Positions 1 through 10,508 of a stretch of 32,000 nt of DNA are shown piece after piece (position 1 is the first letter of the stretch; each line of letters opens with the position of its first letter). Made by a program: the position numbers and the translations under genes. The notes beneath the pieces are model-generated. The model did not search any database, was not told where the DNA came from, and saw only the letters and a program-made list of their open reading frames with translations. The stretch covers positions 1,560,001-1,592,000 of the forward strand of contig NC_009483.1 of NCBI RefSeq assembly GCF_000016745.1. Reading direction: 5' to 3'. This DNA is from Geotalea uraniireducens Rf4 (GTDB lineage Bacteria > Desulfobacterota > Desulfuromonadia > Geobacterales > Geobacteraceae).

Positions 1-649
1 TTGTCGTCGCGCCAAGCCTGCCTTTCACATACAGGACCAGCGAGCCGAGATAAAACAGGGTGACGAGTGGAGTGAATCGTTGGATGATGTAGGTTACCGC
101 CTGGGTTTGCAGCGGATGACAGGCAAAAAGCAAAGCACAGAAAAGTGGCAGGTAGCGCAATTTTACCGCAGGAGAATCGCTTTTCTCCTGTTCGTCCGCA
201 GCCATTGCAGGAGTCTGTAACGAAAGAGAGAGCAGAAGATAGACAAGCAGGGCGTTTCCGATATGAATGATCAGGTTTGCAACATGGTACCCCCGAACAT
301 CGAGTCCGTGGAGCGCGTAGTTCAGGGCGAAGGTGAAGTAGGAAACAGGCCGCAGGATAAAGTTGTTTTTGATATCAGGATTAATTCCAAGATTAAGAAT
401 CCGGTCTGTATCGGCGAAATAGCTGAAATCTTTAATGGCAGGGTTATTCACCAAATACAGATAATCGTCAAACAGGAACGGGGTTGTGACGGTGTTGAAG
501 TATACGAAAAATCCAGCGGCAATAATGAAAACGACATGCACGAAAGGCTCATGCCACAGACTGATGTCGTCGTTTTCCGTTTCAGGCGACGAGGAACGTT
601 TTTCGCGGTGAATCTTGTTCTTTCCTGGTATTTTGGAAGATTTTTTCAT
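1..649 (-). CDS. Membrane protein, TMTC/PMT_2-like (DUF1736-type) N-terminal domain; partial, continues beyond the window start
   Basis: Hand translation of the minus strand from ATG 649..647 (SD GGAGAA just upstream) is open to position 1. It begins MKKSSKIPGKNKIHREKRSSSPETENDD..FLFDDYLYLVNNP..CHPLQTQAVTYIIQRFTPL. The hydrophobic segments and the FDD / HP..(T)QAV.YI..R motifs are typical of bacterial TPR/O-mannosyltransferase-like membrane proteins. It is absent from the ORF track, probably because it runs off the edge; the listed +strand ORF 263..706 is its antisense shadow. Confidence 0.6.
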   Translation of the reverse strand, partial: MKKSSKIPGKNKIHREKRSSSPETENDDISLWHEPFVHVVFIIAAGFFVYFNTVTTPFLFDDYLYLVNNPAIKDFSYFADTDRILNLGINPDIKNNFILRPVSYFTFALNYALHGLDVRGYHVANLIIHIGNALLVYLLLSLSLQTPAMAADEQEKSDSPAVKLRYLPLFCALLFACHPLQTQAVTYIIQRFTPLVTLFYLGSLVLYVKGRLGATT

Positions 650-766
650 CGGTTCTCCAGGCGGCCGGTGGCAGAGATAAGGTCATTGCTTTCTGACACC
701 TATTAGGAGAAAACGCACATTCTCAATGGCAATATTCTGGCTCCAAGTACGAAATTACAATGATTT

Positions 767-2062
767 CTACTTGTGTAAATTCATTTGCCATGGCGGCGGC
801 CAGATTTTGATTGGATAATTATTGTTTGTTCTCCAAATGCTAAGCTCTTCCTTCCATTTTGGCCATGATGGATCATACGAAAAGTTCATCATCACAGGTC
901 TATATTGAATAAATGAAACAGATAATGACATCAAAACGAGAATAACCGAAACGTAGCTAAAAAATTTAGAAATAGTTTTATCGTTGATAGCACCAACGAT
1001 TAATACCATAATCATTATACTTGGTGCAAAAGTATAGCGAGGTCCACCGGACATATTAACGGAAAACAATGTTGATATTATTGTAACCAAGACTAATGAC
1101 AACATAATTATCTGGGTATCAAGTTGTTTGAATTTTTTGTATGACAATATAGAGATATAGATAATTATTAATAAGCCAAAGCCGGTTTCTATGAAGTCAA
1201 ACTGATAAGATAATATCGATGGGCCAATAACTGTGGACATTATATTACGAACGGCAGCCTCTATTTGTATTACTGATGGAAAGTTAAATATAAAGAGTCC
1301 TAGAAAAGGCGCAGAGAATTCAAATTTAATTAATTTGCTAATCATATAGACCGGGCTGCAGTATACTAAACGTTGTGACAGTCCAGACTCATGCGTTATT
1401 AGTGAATAAGTAAATACACTAATCTGTACCAATAAACAGGCCATTAATATAGCAGTATGTATTATCACCGGTTTAGATTTTGTTTTTATAGCCTTTAATA
1501 AAAACGCTGGTATCATAACGCATGATAAGATACCGGTTAGACCGTTTAGTGCCAGCAAATAGTATTGAGCAATAAGCACTTTACGATTATTAGCATGATG
1601 GTCATAAAGTAAGATCAAAAAAGAGAGAATGCAAAGCCAGTATTGGACTCCTATTGTAGTAACCCAAATTCTTGCATATGCTAAAACTTGAATAAAAAGT
1701 GCAACGGCAAATTTCTTAAATAGTGTATTAAGTATCGGAATATTCCACCAAATAACAACACTTGATACAAATACCTGTACAAAAAATGCTAGATAAGTAG
1801 TTACGTAAGGAGCATAATCAAGCGGAACCATCATTGCAATAGATGTAGCTATACTGTTATAGAGAGTATTATAACCGAATTGTGGAGATAGTAAATTATT
1901 CAACCATGTATGATTGTATGCATAAGAGAAATAGTTAGTTCCTTCTTCAGCCCAAAAACGTGGTTCGATGAGCATCTCTGGTTGACGTATATATGCAACA
2001 AAAACAACAATTAAAGTCATTATGCATTTCAATATAAATTCTTTATTTCTTACATAGAACAT
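767..2062 (-). CDS. Polytopic integral membrane protein, GT-C-like glycosyltransferase candidate
   Basis: 431-aa ORF, with SD AGAGGTGA 7 nt upstream of ATG 2062. The sequence is almost entirely hydrophobic helices. It sits directly next to a GT2 polyprenyl-phosphate glycosyltransferase-like gene, a GtrB/GtrC- or ArnC/ArnT-like arrangement. G+C is markedly lower than in its neighbours. Confidence 0.7.
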   Translation of the reverse strand: MFYVRNKEFILKCIMTLIVVFVAYIRQPEMLIEPRFWAEEGTNYFSYAYNHTWLNNLLSPQFGYNTLYNSIATSIAMMVPLDYAPYVTTYLAFFVQVFVSSVVIWWNIPILNTLFKKFAVALFIQVLAYARIWVTTIGVQYWLCILSFLILLYDHHANNRKVLIAQYYLLALNGLTGILSCVMIPAFLLKAIKTKSKPVIIHTAILMACLLVQISVFTYSLITHESGLSQRLVYCSPVYMISKLIKFEFSAPFLGLFIFNFPSVIQIEAAVRNIMSTVIGPSILSYQFDFIETGFGLLIIIYISILSYKKFKQLDTQIIMLSLVLVTIISTLFSVNMSGGPRYTFAPSIMIMVLIVGAINDKTISKFFSYVSVILVLMSLSVSFIQYRPVMMNFSYDPSWPKWKEELSIWRTNNNYPIKIWPPPWQMNLHK

Positions 2063-2177
2063 TACGCATCACCTCTTAATTAGTCGCCCCCTGAAAGTAC
2101 AGGCAATTGAAGCTATTGATGTTCAACGCTTGACCTGAGAGTTGCTTTAACAGCTCCCCCGAGGAAACGCCTTCCCA

Positions 2178-2921
2178 TCATTTCCTCCTGAAAATATGGC
2201 TGGAAACGAGTCCCGCCTTGTTCAGCCTGAACTGCACGGCGGTCTTCACAACCCCCACCCCATAAATGACGCTACGCCGGAAGTTTATGGAGGAGGCGTC
2301 CTCAAAATACTTGGTGGGACAGCTCACTTCGCCGATACGGTAGCCGAACCAGACAATCTGCGCCAGCATCTGGTTGTCGAATACGAAGTCGTCCGAGTTC
2401 GCATCGAGGGGGAGTTTTTCCAGTATTTCCCGGGAGAAGGCCCGGTAGCCGGTATGATACTCTGAGAGTTTGTGCCCGAGCATCAGGTTTTCAAATAAGG
2501 TGAGAAACCGGTTGGCAACATACTTGTAAAAGGGCATCCCCCCCTTCAACGCGCCTATGCCGAGGATGCGCGAGGCGAGCACCGCATCGAACTCGCCGTA
2601 GGCAATCATGGACGCCATGGCGGTAATCAGCTTGGGGGTATACTGGTAGTCGGGGTGAAGCATGACCACGATGTCCGCGCCAAGGTCGAGGGCCGTTTTG
2701 TAGCAGGTCTTCTGGTTTCCGCCGTATCCCTTGTTCTCTTCATGAACGATGGTCCGAATCCCGAGACGCCGGGCCACCTCGGCCGTGTCGTCCCGACTGG
2801 CGTCATCGACCAGTATCACATCATCGACAAACTCGAAGGGGATCTCCTTATAGGTAATTTCAAGTGTTTTTGCTGCGTTATAGGCCGGCAAAACGACCGC
2901 TATCCTCTTGTTGTTCAGCAT
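2178..2921 (-). CDS. Family 2 glycosyltransferase (DPM1/GtrB-like)
   Basis: The ORF contains [40 protein letters not shown], which are GT2 (GT-A) motifs. The start was moved to the internal Met ([10 protein letters not shown]) at 2921, preceded by GAGGAAG. The 49 codons upstream in the track ORF have no GT2 counterpart. Confidence 0.85.
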   Translation of the reverse strand: MLNNKRIAVVLPAYNAAKTLEITYKEIPFEFVDDVILVDDASRDDTAEVARRLGIRTIVHEENKGYGGNQKTCYKTALDLGADIVVMLHPDYQYTPKLITAMASMIAYGEFDAVLASRILGIGALKGGMPFYKYVANRFLTLFENLMLGHKLSEYHTGYRAFSREILEKLPLDANSDDFVFDNQMLAQIVWFGYRIGEVSCPTKYFEDASSINFRRSVIYGVGVVKTAVQFRLNKAGLVSSHIFRRK

Positions 2922-3281
2922 CGCTTCCTCAATATATGTATTGCATTTCCGAACTGTATCTTGATAAAACCCGAGACGAATGACCAAGCCATTCTCCCTG
3001 CTTTTCCCATACCTCTCCCCGCCAACTTTTACCTTCTCCCGAAATAAAAAAGGCCACTGTCCCGGCATTAGCCCGGCACAAGCGGCCCTTACTCACCCTT
3101 TATCCACTCAGATAAAAAACATCCGCACCCCGGAATGCATAACAAAATCCAATTAAGGGCAACAAACTACTGCAAACGGTACGAGATGTCAAGAGTGCAG
3201 GCTATTTCAGCAAACCTCACCACAGAGACCCGGACCCTCAATTGGCAGGGATGAACAGGATGTTCAGGATTACTGGCCTGA

Positions 3282-3407
3282 TTGGTTGTCGACGCTAAGA
3301 ACGAAAGCGCAAAGAATTTTTACGAAAGATATGGATTCATCAGCACTGAAGGACGACTGCAGCAACTGTTTCTGCCGGCGGAAACACTAGGAGTCTGTCG
3401 GACTTAG
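3282..3407 (+). pseudogene. C-terminal fragment of a GNAT (TacT-like toxin) acetyltransferase
   Basis: The frame reads LVVDAKNESAKNFYERYGFISTEGRLQQLFLPAETLGVCRT*. The motif (V)VDA..E.A..FY...GF....LFLP is the conserved C-terminus of GNAT toxins that pair with DUF1778 antitoxins. An in-frame TGA lies immediately upstream at 3279, and no N-terminal part is present. Confidence 0.45.
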
Positions 3408-3557
3408 GGAATCGTAGCGAGAGGATGGAAAATCGAGGACAGATTTCCGGAAATTTGAGAGCGAATAGTGGACCTATTCGTCGAAAATTTACGGAGATAT
3501 GGACCGATTTGCCATTCTCGCAGTAGATTCATCCCTAAGTCCGACAGGCTCCTAGTG
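3385..3557. repeat. 173-bp long imperfect palindrome (MITE-like) with 26-bp terminal inverted repeats
   Basis: CACTAGGAGTCTGTCGGACTTAGGGA (3385-3410) versus TCCCTAAGTCCGACAGGCTCCTAGTG (3532-3557) gives 25/26 complementary positions. The interior also pairs imperfectly around a centre near 3471. Confidence 0.7.
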
Positions 3558-3640
3558 CAACTTTAAAGTAAAATATCTAAACTTTACCGGGAAAAGGCCG
3601 AAGAGGTAGGTGACGTTCAATCTCATTAGGAGGATGATGT

Positions 3641-4048
3641 ATGGCCTTGATTACATGGAACGACAGCTACAGCGTGAAGGTTAAGCAGATGGATGAACAG
3701 CACAAGAAGCTCGTTGAGATGATCAACCAGCTCCACGACGCCATGAAGGTCGGCCAGGGGAAGCAGGTCGTCGGTGATGTGTTGAACGCCCTCGTTTCCT
3801 ATACCAAGACCCATTTCGCCAACGAAGAATCGCTGATGAAGACTTATGGTTATCCCGGTTACGAGGATCAGAAAAAGGCCCACGCCAACCTCGTTGGCCA
3901 GGTAGGTGACATCCAGAAGAAGTTTCTGGATGGGAATGCGCCTCTTTCCCAGGATGTGATGACATTCCTCAAGGAGTGGCTGGTCAAGCATATCCAGGGG
4001 GCGGACCAGAAATACGGACTTTATTTCAACAGCAAGGGGGTTTGCTGA
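3641..4048 (+). CDS. Bacteriohemerythrin (hemerythrin-like metal-binding protein)
   Basis: 135 aa starting MALITWNDSYSVKVKQMDEQHKKLVEMINQLHDAM..HF..EE..M......H...H..L, the classical bacteriohemerythrin pattern. SD AGGAGGA lies 7 nt upstream. Confidence 0.9.
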   Translation: MALITWNDSYSVKVKQMDEQHKKLVEMINQLHDAMKVGQGKQVVGDVLNALVSYTKTHFANEESLMKTYGYPGYEDQKKAHANLVGQVGDIQKKFLDGNAPLSQDVMTFLKEWLVKHIQGADQKYGLYFNSKGVC

Positions 4049-4165
4049 CCCGGTATTTTAGCGTCTGCATTACCCGTGCCGGCGGGATAGGATGGCGCTG
4101 ACAGTACTTTCCCTTTGGCATGGATATAGCCTTCTTGATTTCCTTCCTTACCTCTGCTATCACTG

Positions 4166-4196
4166 AACAGCCGGGCCAAAAACCCGGCTGTTTTGC
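4166..4196 (+). terminator. Rho-independent terminator
   Basis: AACAGCCGGG-CCAAAAA-CCCGGCTGTT followed by TTGCGTCTT, downstream of the hemerythrin gene. Confidence 0.6.
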
Positions 4197-4228
4197 GTCT
4201 TGATTCGATTTTTCGGAGTGAATGAACC

Positions 4229-6265
<2,037 letters not shown>

Positions 6266-6454
6266 GTATTGCGCCGCTGATTTCACCTCAATCGCCATGC
6301 ATCTGTTCCCCGCCTCAATGACGAAGTCCACTTCTCTGGGCAAATATGTCATAATTGATAAGACTACAATGTCATATTGACATTATAGCAATATAAATTT
6401 GACAAAAAACAAACGGAAGGGGTTTATTGGTGAGGTCGAGGGTAAAGTGGCAGG

Positions 6455-6823
6455 TTACCCTGACTTAATATCCCCCCTGGCAATGGCCAGTATTTCCAAA
6501 AAGACGTAAGGCTTGCGCAGCACCTTTGCTATGCCGGCCTTTCTGGCCAGTTCGCAGACCTCCCGGGTCAATGCGCCTGTGCACATGACGATGTGCAGGT
6601 CGGGGGCCAGCTCCCGTGCCTTTCTGGCCAGCTCTAAACCGTTCATCCCCGGCATTTGGAGATCGGTCAACATCAGCACAAAAGTGCTTTCTTGCATCAT
6701 CTGCAACGCGTCTTCACCATTTTCCGCGCAATGGACTCTCATTCCCGACTGCCTGAAACATTCACTGAGCAGGTTGAGGGTGATTATGTCGTCGTCAACC
6801 AACAGGATGCCGCCGTCTTCCAT
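6455..6823 (-). CDS. Single-domain response regulator (CheY-like receiver)
   Basis: 122 aa: ILLVDDD..., LMLTDLQMPGMNG, and K in LRKP. SD AAGGAGAA is upstream. Confidence 0.9.
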   Translation of the reverse strand: MEDGGILLVDDDIITLNLLSECFRQSGMRVHCAENGEDALQMMQESTFVLMLTDLQMPGMNGLELARKARELAPDLHIVMCTGALTREVCELARKAGIAKVLRKPYVFLEILAIARGDIKSG

Positions 6824-6941
6824 GTTTTCTCCTTATTCCAATTCCAGATCAGTGCGCTTCGTTGGCCGTACTATCTGCACGCCTTCGTTGCCTTACTCCT
6901 CGCCGCCTTTGATTTCATCCTTGATTTGAAATCGGAATTAT

Positions 6942-7241
6942 TTACCTTGCCGGCACTATTCGATAATTCAATGCAAAATCCTGCTCTGTTAATTCATCGA
7001 GCGGCGGGAATGAAGCCTCGATCAATCCACGTTTCCGCAGATCCCGGCAGACATTCAGCATTCTGTCTGCATGGAAATATGAGCCGAATGCCTTTCTGAT
7101 GGACTTGTAGCTGATTATTCCCTCTCCGTTTTCCCTGCTGGTCGCCAGAAGAAGGAGGTACATTCTAATCTCATCAGCCTCCAGATGCTGGAGGATTGCC
7201 TGTTCAACGCTTCTTAATATCCGGAGTTTATCCATGTTCAT
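6942..7241 (-). CDS. Hypothetical small protein (possible winged-helix)
   Basis: The ORF was trimmed to MNMDKLRIL..., with SD AAAGGGGA upstream of ATG 7241. It is divergent from the XRE gene. No recognisable catalytic motifs. Confidence 0.5.
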   Translation of the reverse strand: MNMDKLRILRSVEQAILQHLEADEIRMYLLLLATSRENGEGIISYKSIRKAFGSYFHADRMLNVCRDLRKRGLIEASFPPLDELTEQDFALNYRIVPAR

Positions 7242-7290
7242 CCCCTTTGATTTTCTTAACAAATAAGATAAATAATCTATATTGTCAAGA

Positions 7291-7315
7291 CAAATATGAC
7301 GAATAGTCATATTTG
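7291..7315. promoter_or_regulatory. Perfect 10-5-10 inverted repeat (candidate operator) in the divergent promoter region
   Basis: CAAATATGAC-gaata-GTCATATTTG lies between the divergent genes ending at 7241 and starting at about 7392. Confidence 0.5.
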
Positions 7316-7391
7316 GGCAATGCAATTGACATCACCAGGAAATAGCGTTATACAGAGTTGCAATTTGTTTAAGAAAACAAGGGGATTGGAG

Positions 7392-7844
7392 TTGCGCTTG
7401 AAGCTAGAAATCGGTAGCCGTCTGAAAAGATTGCGGATGGAGAGGAGCCTTACCCAGAAGGAGTTGGCGGTCAGGGTCAGCGGCGGTCTGGATTATACAT
7501 ATATCGGCAAGATAGAGCGAGGGGAGCAGCTTCCATCGCTGAAAATCCTGCTGAAGATCAGCGAAGCCCTCTCCGTCCCGGTAGCTTCCTTTTTCCAGGA
7601 CGAGGCAGTCGCTGCCGTCAGCGACATTTCCTCGTCCGAGCTGCGCTACCTGGTCAGCGAGGAAACGGGGCGCGAACTTGTACGGGCATTGAGGCTTGTG
7701 CACAAGGACGATCTCCCCCTGTTGATCGAGATAATCCAGGTGCTCGGCAGACACAGAAATACCGCGCAAAAGAAAACCTATGAAGAATCTCCGTCGGCCG
7801 TCCTTCTGGCAGCTGAAAAAATGAGCAGCTACAAAAAAAAGTAA
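7392..7844 (+). CDS. XRE-family helix-turn-helix transcriptional regulator
   Basis: IGSRLKRLRMERSLTQKELAVRVSGGLDYTYIGKIERGEQLPSLKILLKISEALSV is a canonical XRE HTH. The start is uncertain: TTG 7392 follows AAGGGGA, while the alternative ATG 7320 has no SD and abuts the operator. Confidence 0.75.
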   Translation: MRLKLEIGSRLKRLRMERSLTQKELAVRVSGGLDYTYIGKIERGEQLPSLKILLKISEALSVPVASFFQDEAVAAVSDISSSELRYLVSEETGRELVRALRLVHKDDLPLLIEIIQVLGRHRNTAQKKTYEESPSAVLLAAEKMSSYKKK

Positions 7845-7896
7845 GGGAATAGTGGCGGGGCAGGTTTAACTGAAAATCAGAGCATGAAGGTTCGGA

Positions 7897-7931
7897 GGGG
7901 GTATACGCTTGACAGGTATACCCCCTTTTTT
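7897..7931 (+). terminator. Rho-independent terminator
   Basis: GGGGGTATAC-gcttgacag-GTATACCCCC followed by TTTTTT. Confidence 0.75.
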
Positions 7932-7936
7932 GCTCA

Positions 7937-8836
7937 TCATCGGGTGCGTTCGTGCTGGCTTTTGGCGACCAGGTAGTAGACGATACCGAGAATGAGCAGG
8001 GTGCCTGCCAGAAATATCTGGGTTTCCAGGGCGTCATGGCGCAGGGTGGAGATGAGTATCTCCCTGATCAGCGCGACGATGATGACGCCGATGAAGACCA
8101 GGATGTTGAAGCTTCCCCCCTTGAGTGTCTTGATCTCATTATCCATGAGCTCAATCATCATCCAGATAATCAACAACGTGCCGAGCGCGCCGAGAATCCC
8201 TTTTTCAACATTCCCCCTGAAGATGTGAACAATGTCCCAGACGAACAGGCCTACCACCGACAGTGATACGCCGACGAGGGCCAGCACCAGGATAAGGTTG
8301 AGGCCGTAGGTGAACCGTTCCGCTGCCATGATCAGCTTCGATTCCAGGCGGTGGGAGAGGAACACCTTTTTCAACTCTTCCTGCTGGTAGGAGGCGCTGA
8401 TGATGTCCAGGTTGATGTCGATTATTTTTTCCACGGCATTGCGATACTTACGCCGATCTGATAAGACGGGGAAGGTCTCCTGGAGCAGTTCTATGAGGAA
8501 CCGGCGGACCACGTTCATGGCGGCGTTGACGAAATGGGGGTTGAGGCCGATCCGTACGTGTGCCTGGCCGATCCGCTGCAAGGTGTGATAGTAGCTGTTG
8601 TCGTAAATGCCCGAGAAGAGGCTGACGAACCACTCCTGTTGGATGATGTGTTGATGCTGCAGCAACTGGTCGTCCTTGAGAAATTCGGCGGTGTCCGGTA
8701 TCTCCAGGAGAAAGTCATAGAACTCGCTGGACATCCGCTCTTTGTTGGCTTCAGCCAGCGGCTGCAGCGATTTAAGCAGTTCCGCATCCTCGTCGGTGAA
8801 AATGTAGTGGCCTTTGATGTCTTGCATGGTGAGCAT
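7937..8836 (-). CDS. Globin-coupled sensor: N-terminal protoglobin/sensor-globin domain fused to a multi-pass membrane (PsiE-like) domain
   Basis: MLTMQDIKGHYIFTDEDAELLKSL..FYDFLL..HTLQRIGQAHVRIGL is the sensor-globin signature, with the proximal His in AHVRIGL. The C-terminal half is hydrophobic helices. The start was set at ATG 8836 after AGGAGA. The architecture matches the membrane-type globin-coupled sensor described in Geobacter. Confidence 0.85.
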   Translation of the reverse strand: MLTMQDIKGHYIFTDEDAELLKSLQPLAEANKERMSSEFYDFLLEIPDTAEFLKDDQLLQHQHIIQQEWFVSLFSGIYDNSYYHTLQRIGQAHVRIGLNPHFVNAAMNVVRRFLIELLQETFPVLSDRRKYRNAVEKIIDINLDIISASYQQEELKKVFLSHRLESKLIMAAERFTYGLNLILVLALVGVSLSVVGLFVWDIVHIFRGNVEKGILGALGTLLIIWMMIELMDNEIKTLKGGSFNILVFIGVIIVALIREILISTLRHDALETQIFLAGTLLILGIVYYLVAKSQHERTR

Positions 8837-9006
8837 GGCGGCTTCTCCTTTTTTCTGATTTGTGCAAGAGTATAGGCGCAAAGGGAGCCGATAGCAAATG
8901 TGTAGACGGTGGAAGGTGTATGGCAGTCAACAATTTCGGGGACATTCCTGTATTGTCTGCAAGCTCTCAAAGAGAGGTTAGATGTTTTCCCGGATGGGGA
9001 AATACG

Positions 9007-9678
9007 CTATTTCCCCAGGGTCTTTTGCCCCGGTTTCCAGCCGAGCGGGCAGAGGGAGCCGGTCTGCAGTGCTTCCAGCACCCGCAGGGTTTCCTCGACG
9101 CTTCTTCCCACATCCAGGTTATGCACCACCTGGTACTGCAAAACTCCTTGCGGATCGATGATGAACAGGCCGCGCAACGCCACCCCTTCCTTATTGTCGA
9201 GAATGCCGTAACGCTCGCTTACCTCCTTTTTAAAATCGGAGAGGAGCGGGTATTTCAGGTTGCCCAGGTCGCCGCGCTTGATCCATGCCAAATGGGAAAA
9301 CTTGCTGTCCACCGAAGCACCCAGCACTTCTGCATCCAGTTTTTTGAAGGCATCGAGCGCATCGTTGAATCCCTTGATTTCCGTCGGGCAGACAAAAGTG
9401 AAGTCGAGCGGATAGAAGAAGAGCACCAGCCACTTGCCGCGGTAGTCGGAGAGACTGATCTTTCTGAATTCCTTGCCCGCTTCGGTGCCGACCACCGCCT
9501 CCAGGCTGAAGTCCGGGGCGAACTGTCCTACTTTTGCCTGGTGCTGCCCCATCATCATTTCCTCGATACCGTGCATCATTGTTGGCGGCATTTCCATTGT
9601 CTGCGCCGGGCTTGAGCTGATGCCGATGAAAATGATTCCTGCAGTGAGCGTTGCAAGCATGGTTTTGGTGTTTTTCAT
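9007..9678 (-). CDS. 2-Cys peroxiredoxin (AhpC/TSA family) with N-terminal signal peptide
   Basis: The active-site motif FYPLDFTFVCPTEI is present with a C-terminal resolving Cys (GSLCPLGW). The N-terminus MKNTKTMLATLTAGIIFIGISSSPAQT looks like a Sec signal peptide. Confidence 0.9.
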   Translation of the reverse strand: MKNTKTMLATLTAGIIFIGISSSPAQTMEMPPTMMHGIEEMMMGQHQAKVGQFAPDFSLEAVVGTEAGKEFRKISLSDYRGKWLVLFFYPLDFTFVCPTEIKGFNDALDAFKKLDAEVLGASVDSKFSHLAWIKRGDLGNLKYPLLSDFKKEVSERYGILDNKEGVALRGLFIIDPQGVLQYQVVHNLDVGRSVEETLRVLEALQTGSLCPLGWKPGQKTLGK

Positions 9679-9849
9679 ATGTGTCTCCCTGAAATACTCT
9701 GTTTTTCACCTGTTAATCCATGATGAGAAACCATTGTACCCGAAGCGGCGGCTTTTTCAAGGAGTGGCGTCGGTTGGCGAAAAACAGTTCTCCTTTGCCT
9801 GATTTTGTGGTAGAAGTGAACGATTATTATCTGAAAAGGAGAATAACGG

Positions 9850-10365
9850 ATGAGTGACGAACAAAACCCCCAGGTCCTGATGGAAACTTCCATGGGAACC
9901 GTAAAAATCGAGCTGTTCAAGGACAAGGCGCCCATTTCCGTGCGCAACTTCCTCTCGTATGTGAAGGAAGGCTATTACGATGGTCTGATCTTCCACCGGG
10001 TTATCAAGACCTTCATGGTTCAAGGTGGCGGGCTGGACGTGGACATGCAGCCGAAGAAGACCAAATTCGCCATCAAGAACGAGGCAGCCAACGGCCTTTC
10101 CAATAAGCGCGGCACCCTTGCCATGGCCAGGACCAGCGTGGTGGACAGCGCAACATCCCAGTTCTTCATCAATGTCGTGGATAACTCTTTCCTCGACTAC
10201 AAGGGGAAAAGCCCCGATCTGTTCGGATATGCCGTGTTTGGGCAGGTAATTGAAGGAATGGAAGTGGTGGACGCCATTAAAGAGGTGAAGACGGGGTCGA
10301 AGGGTGGTCACTCGGACGTGCCGGTTGAGCCTGTGTTCATCAAGTCTATGACAATCGTTGAATAG
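9850..10365 (+). CDS. ppiB: Peptidyl-prolyl cis-trans isomerase, cyclophilin type
   Basis: 171 aa: [39 protein letters not shown] is upstream. Confidence 0.9.
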   Translation: MSDEQNPQVLMETSMGTVKIELFKDKAPISVRNFLSYVKEGYYDGLIFHRVIKTFMVQGGGLDVDMQPKKTKFAIKNEAANGLSNKRGTLAMARTSVVDSATSQFFINVVDNSFLDYKGKSPDLFGYAVFGQVIEGMEVVDAIKEVKTGSKGGHSDVPVEPVFIKSMTIVE

Positions 10366-10388
10366 TGAGTGGTGAGTTATGAGTAGTG

Positions 10389-10424
10389 ACGGCCGCGGGA
10401 AATCCTGCGGCCGTTATTATTTGT
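10389..10424 (+). terminator. Rho-independent terminator after the cyclophilin gene
   Basis: ACGGCCGCGGGA-aa-TCCTGCGGCCGT (one mismatch) followed by TATTATTTGTT. Confidence 0.6.
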
Positions 10425-10452
10425 TGACAAACAATTTTGCCGACTATAAAAT
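10424..10452 (+). promoter_or_regulatory. Sigma70-type promoter for metK
   Basis: TTGACA (10424-10429), a 17-nt spacer, then TAAAAT (10447-10452), about 55 nt upstream of the metK ATG. Confidence 0.55.
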
Positions 10453-10508
10453 TCAAAGTCTTTTTTAACATTTTGCACGTCATTACCATATTGAGGAGGA
10501 TTAATAAG

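Noticed and set aside
263-706. 147-aa +strand ORF from the track
   Set aside because: It lies antisense to a continuous, SD-preceded minus-strand reading frame (1-649) with clear membrane-protein motifs. Its own translation has no recognisable features and no SD.
10366-10508. SAM riboswitch upstream of metK
   Set aside because: The space between the predicted promoter (-10 ends at 10452) and the ATG (10509) is only about 55 nt. That is too short for a SAM-I, SAM-II or SAM-V aptamer plus expression platform, and no conserved aptamer helices are evident.
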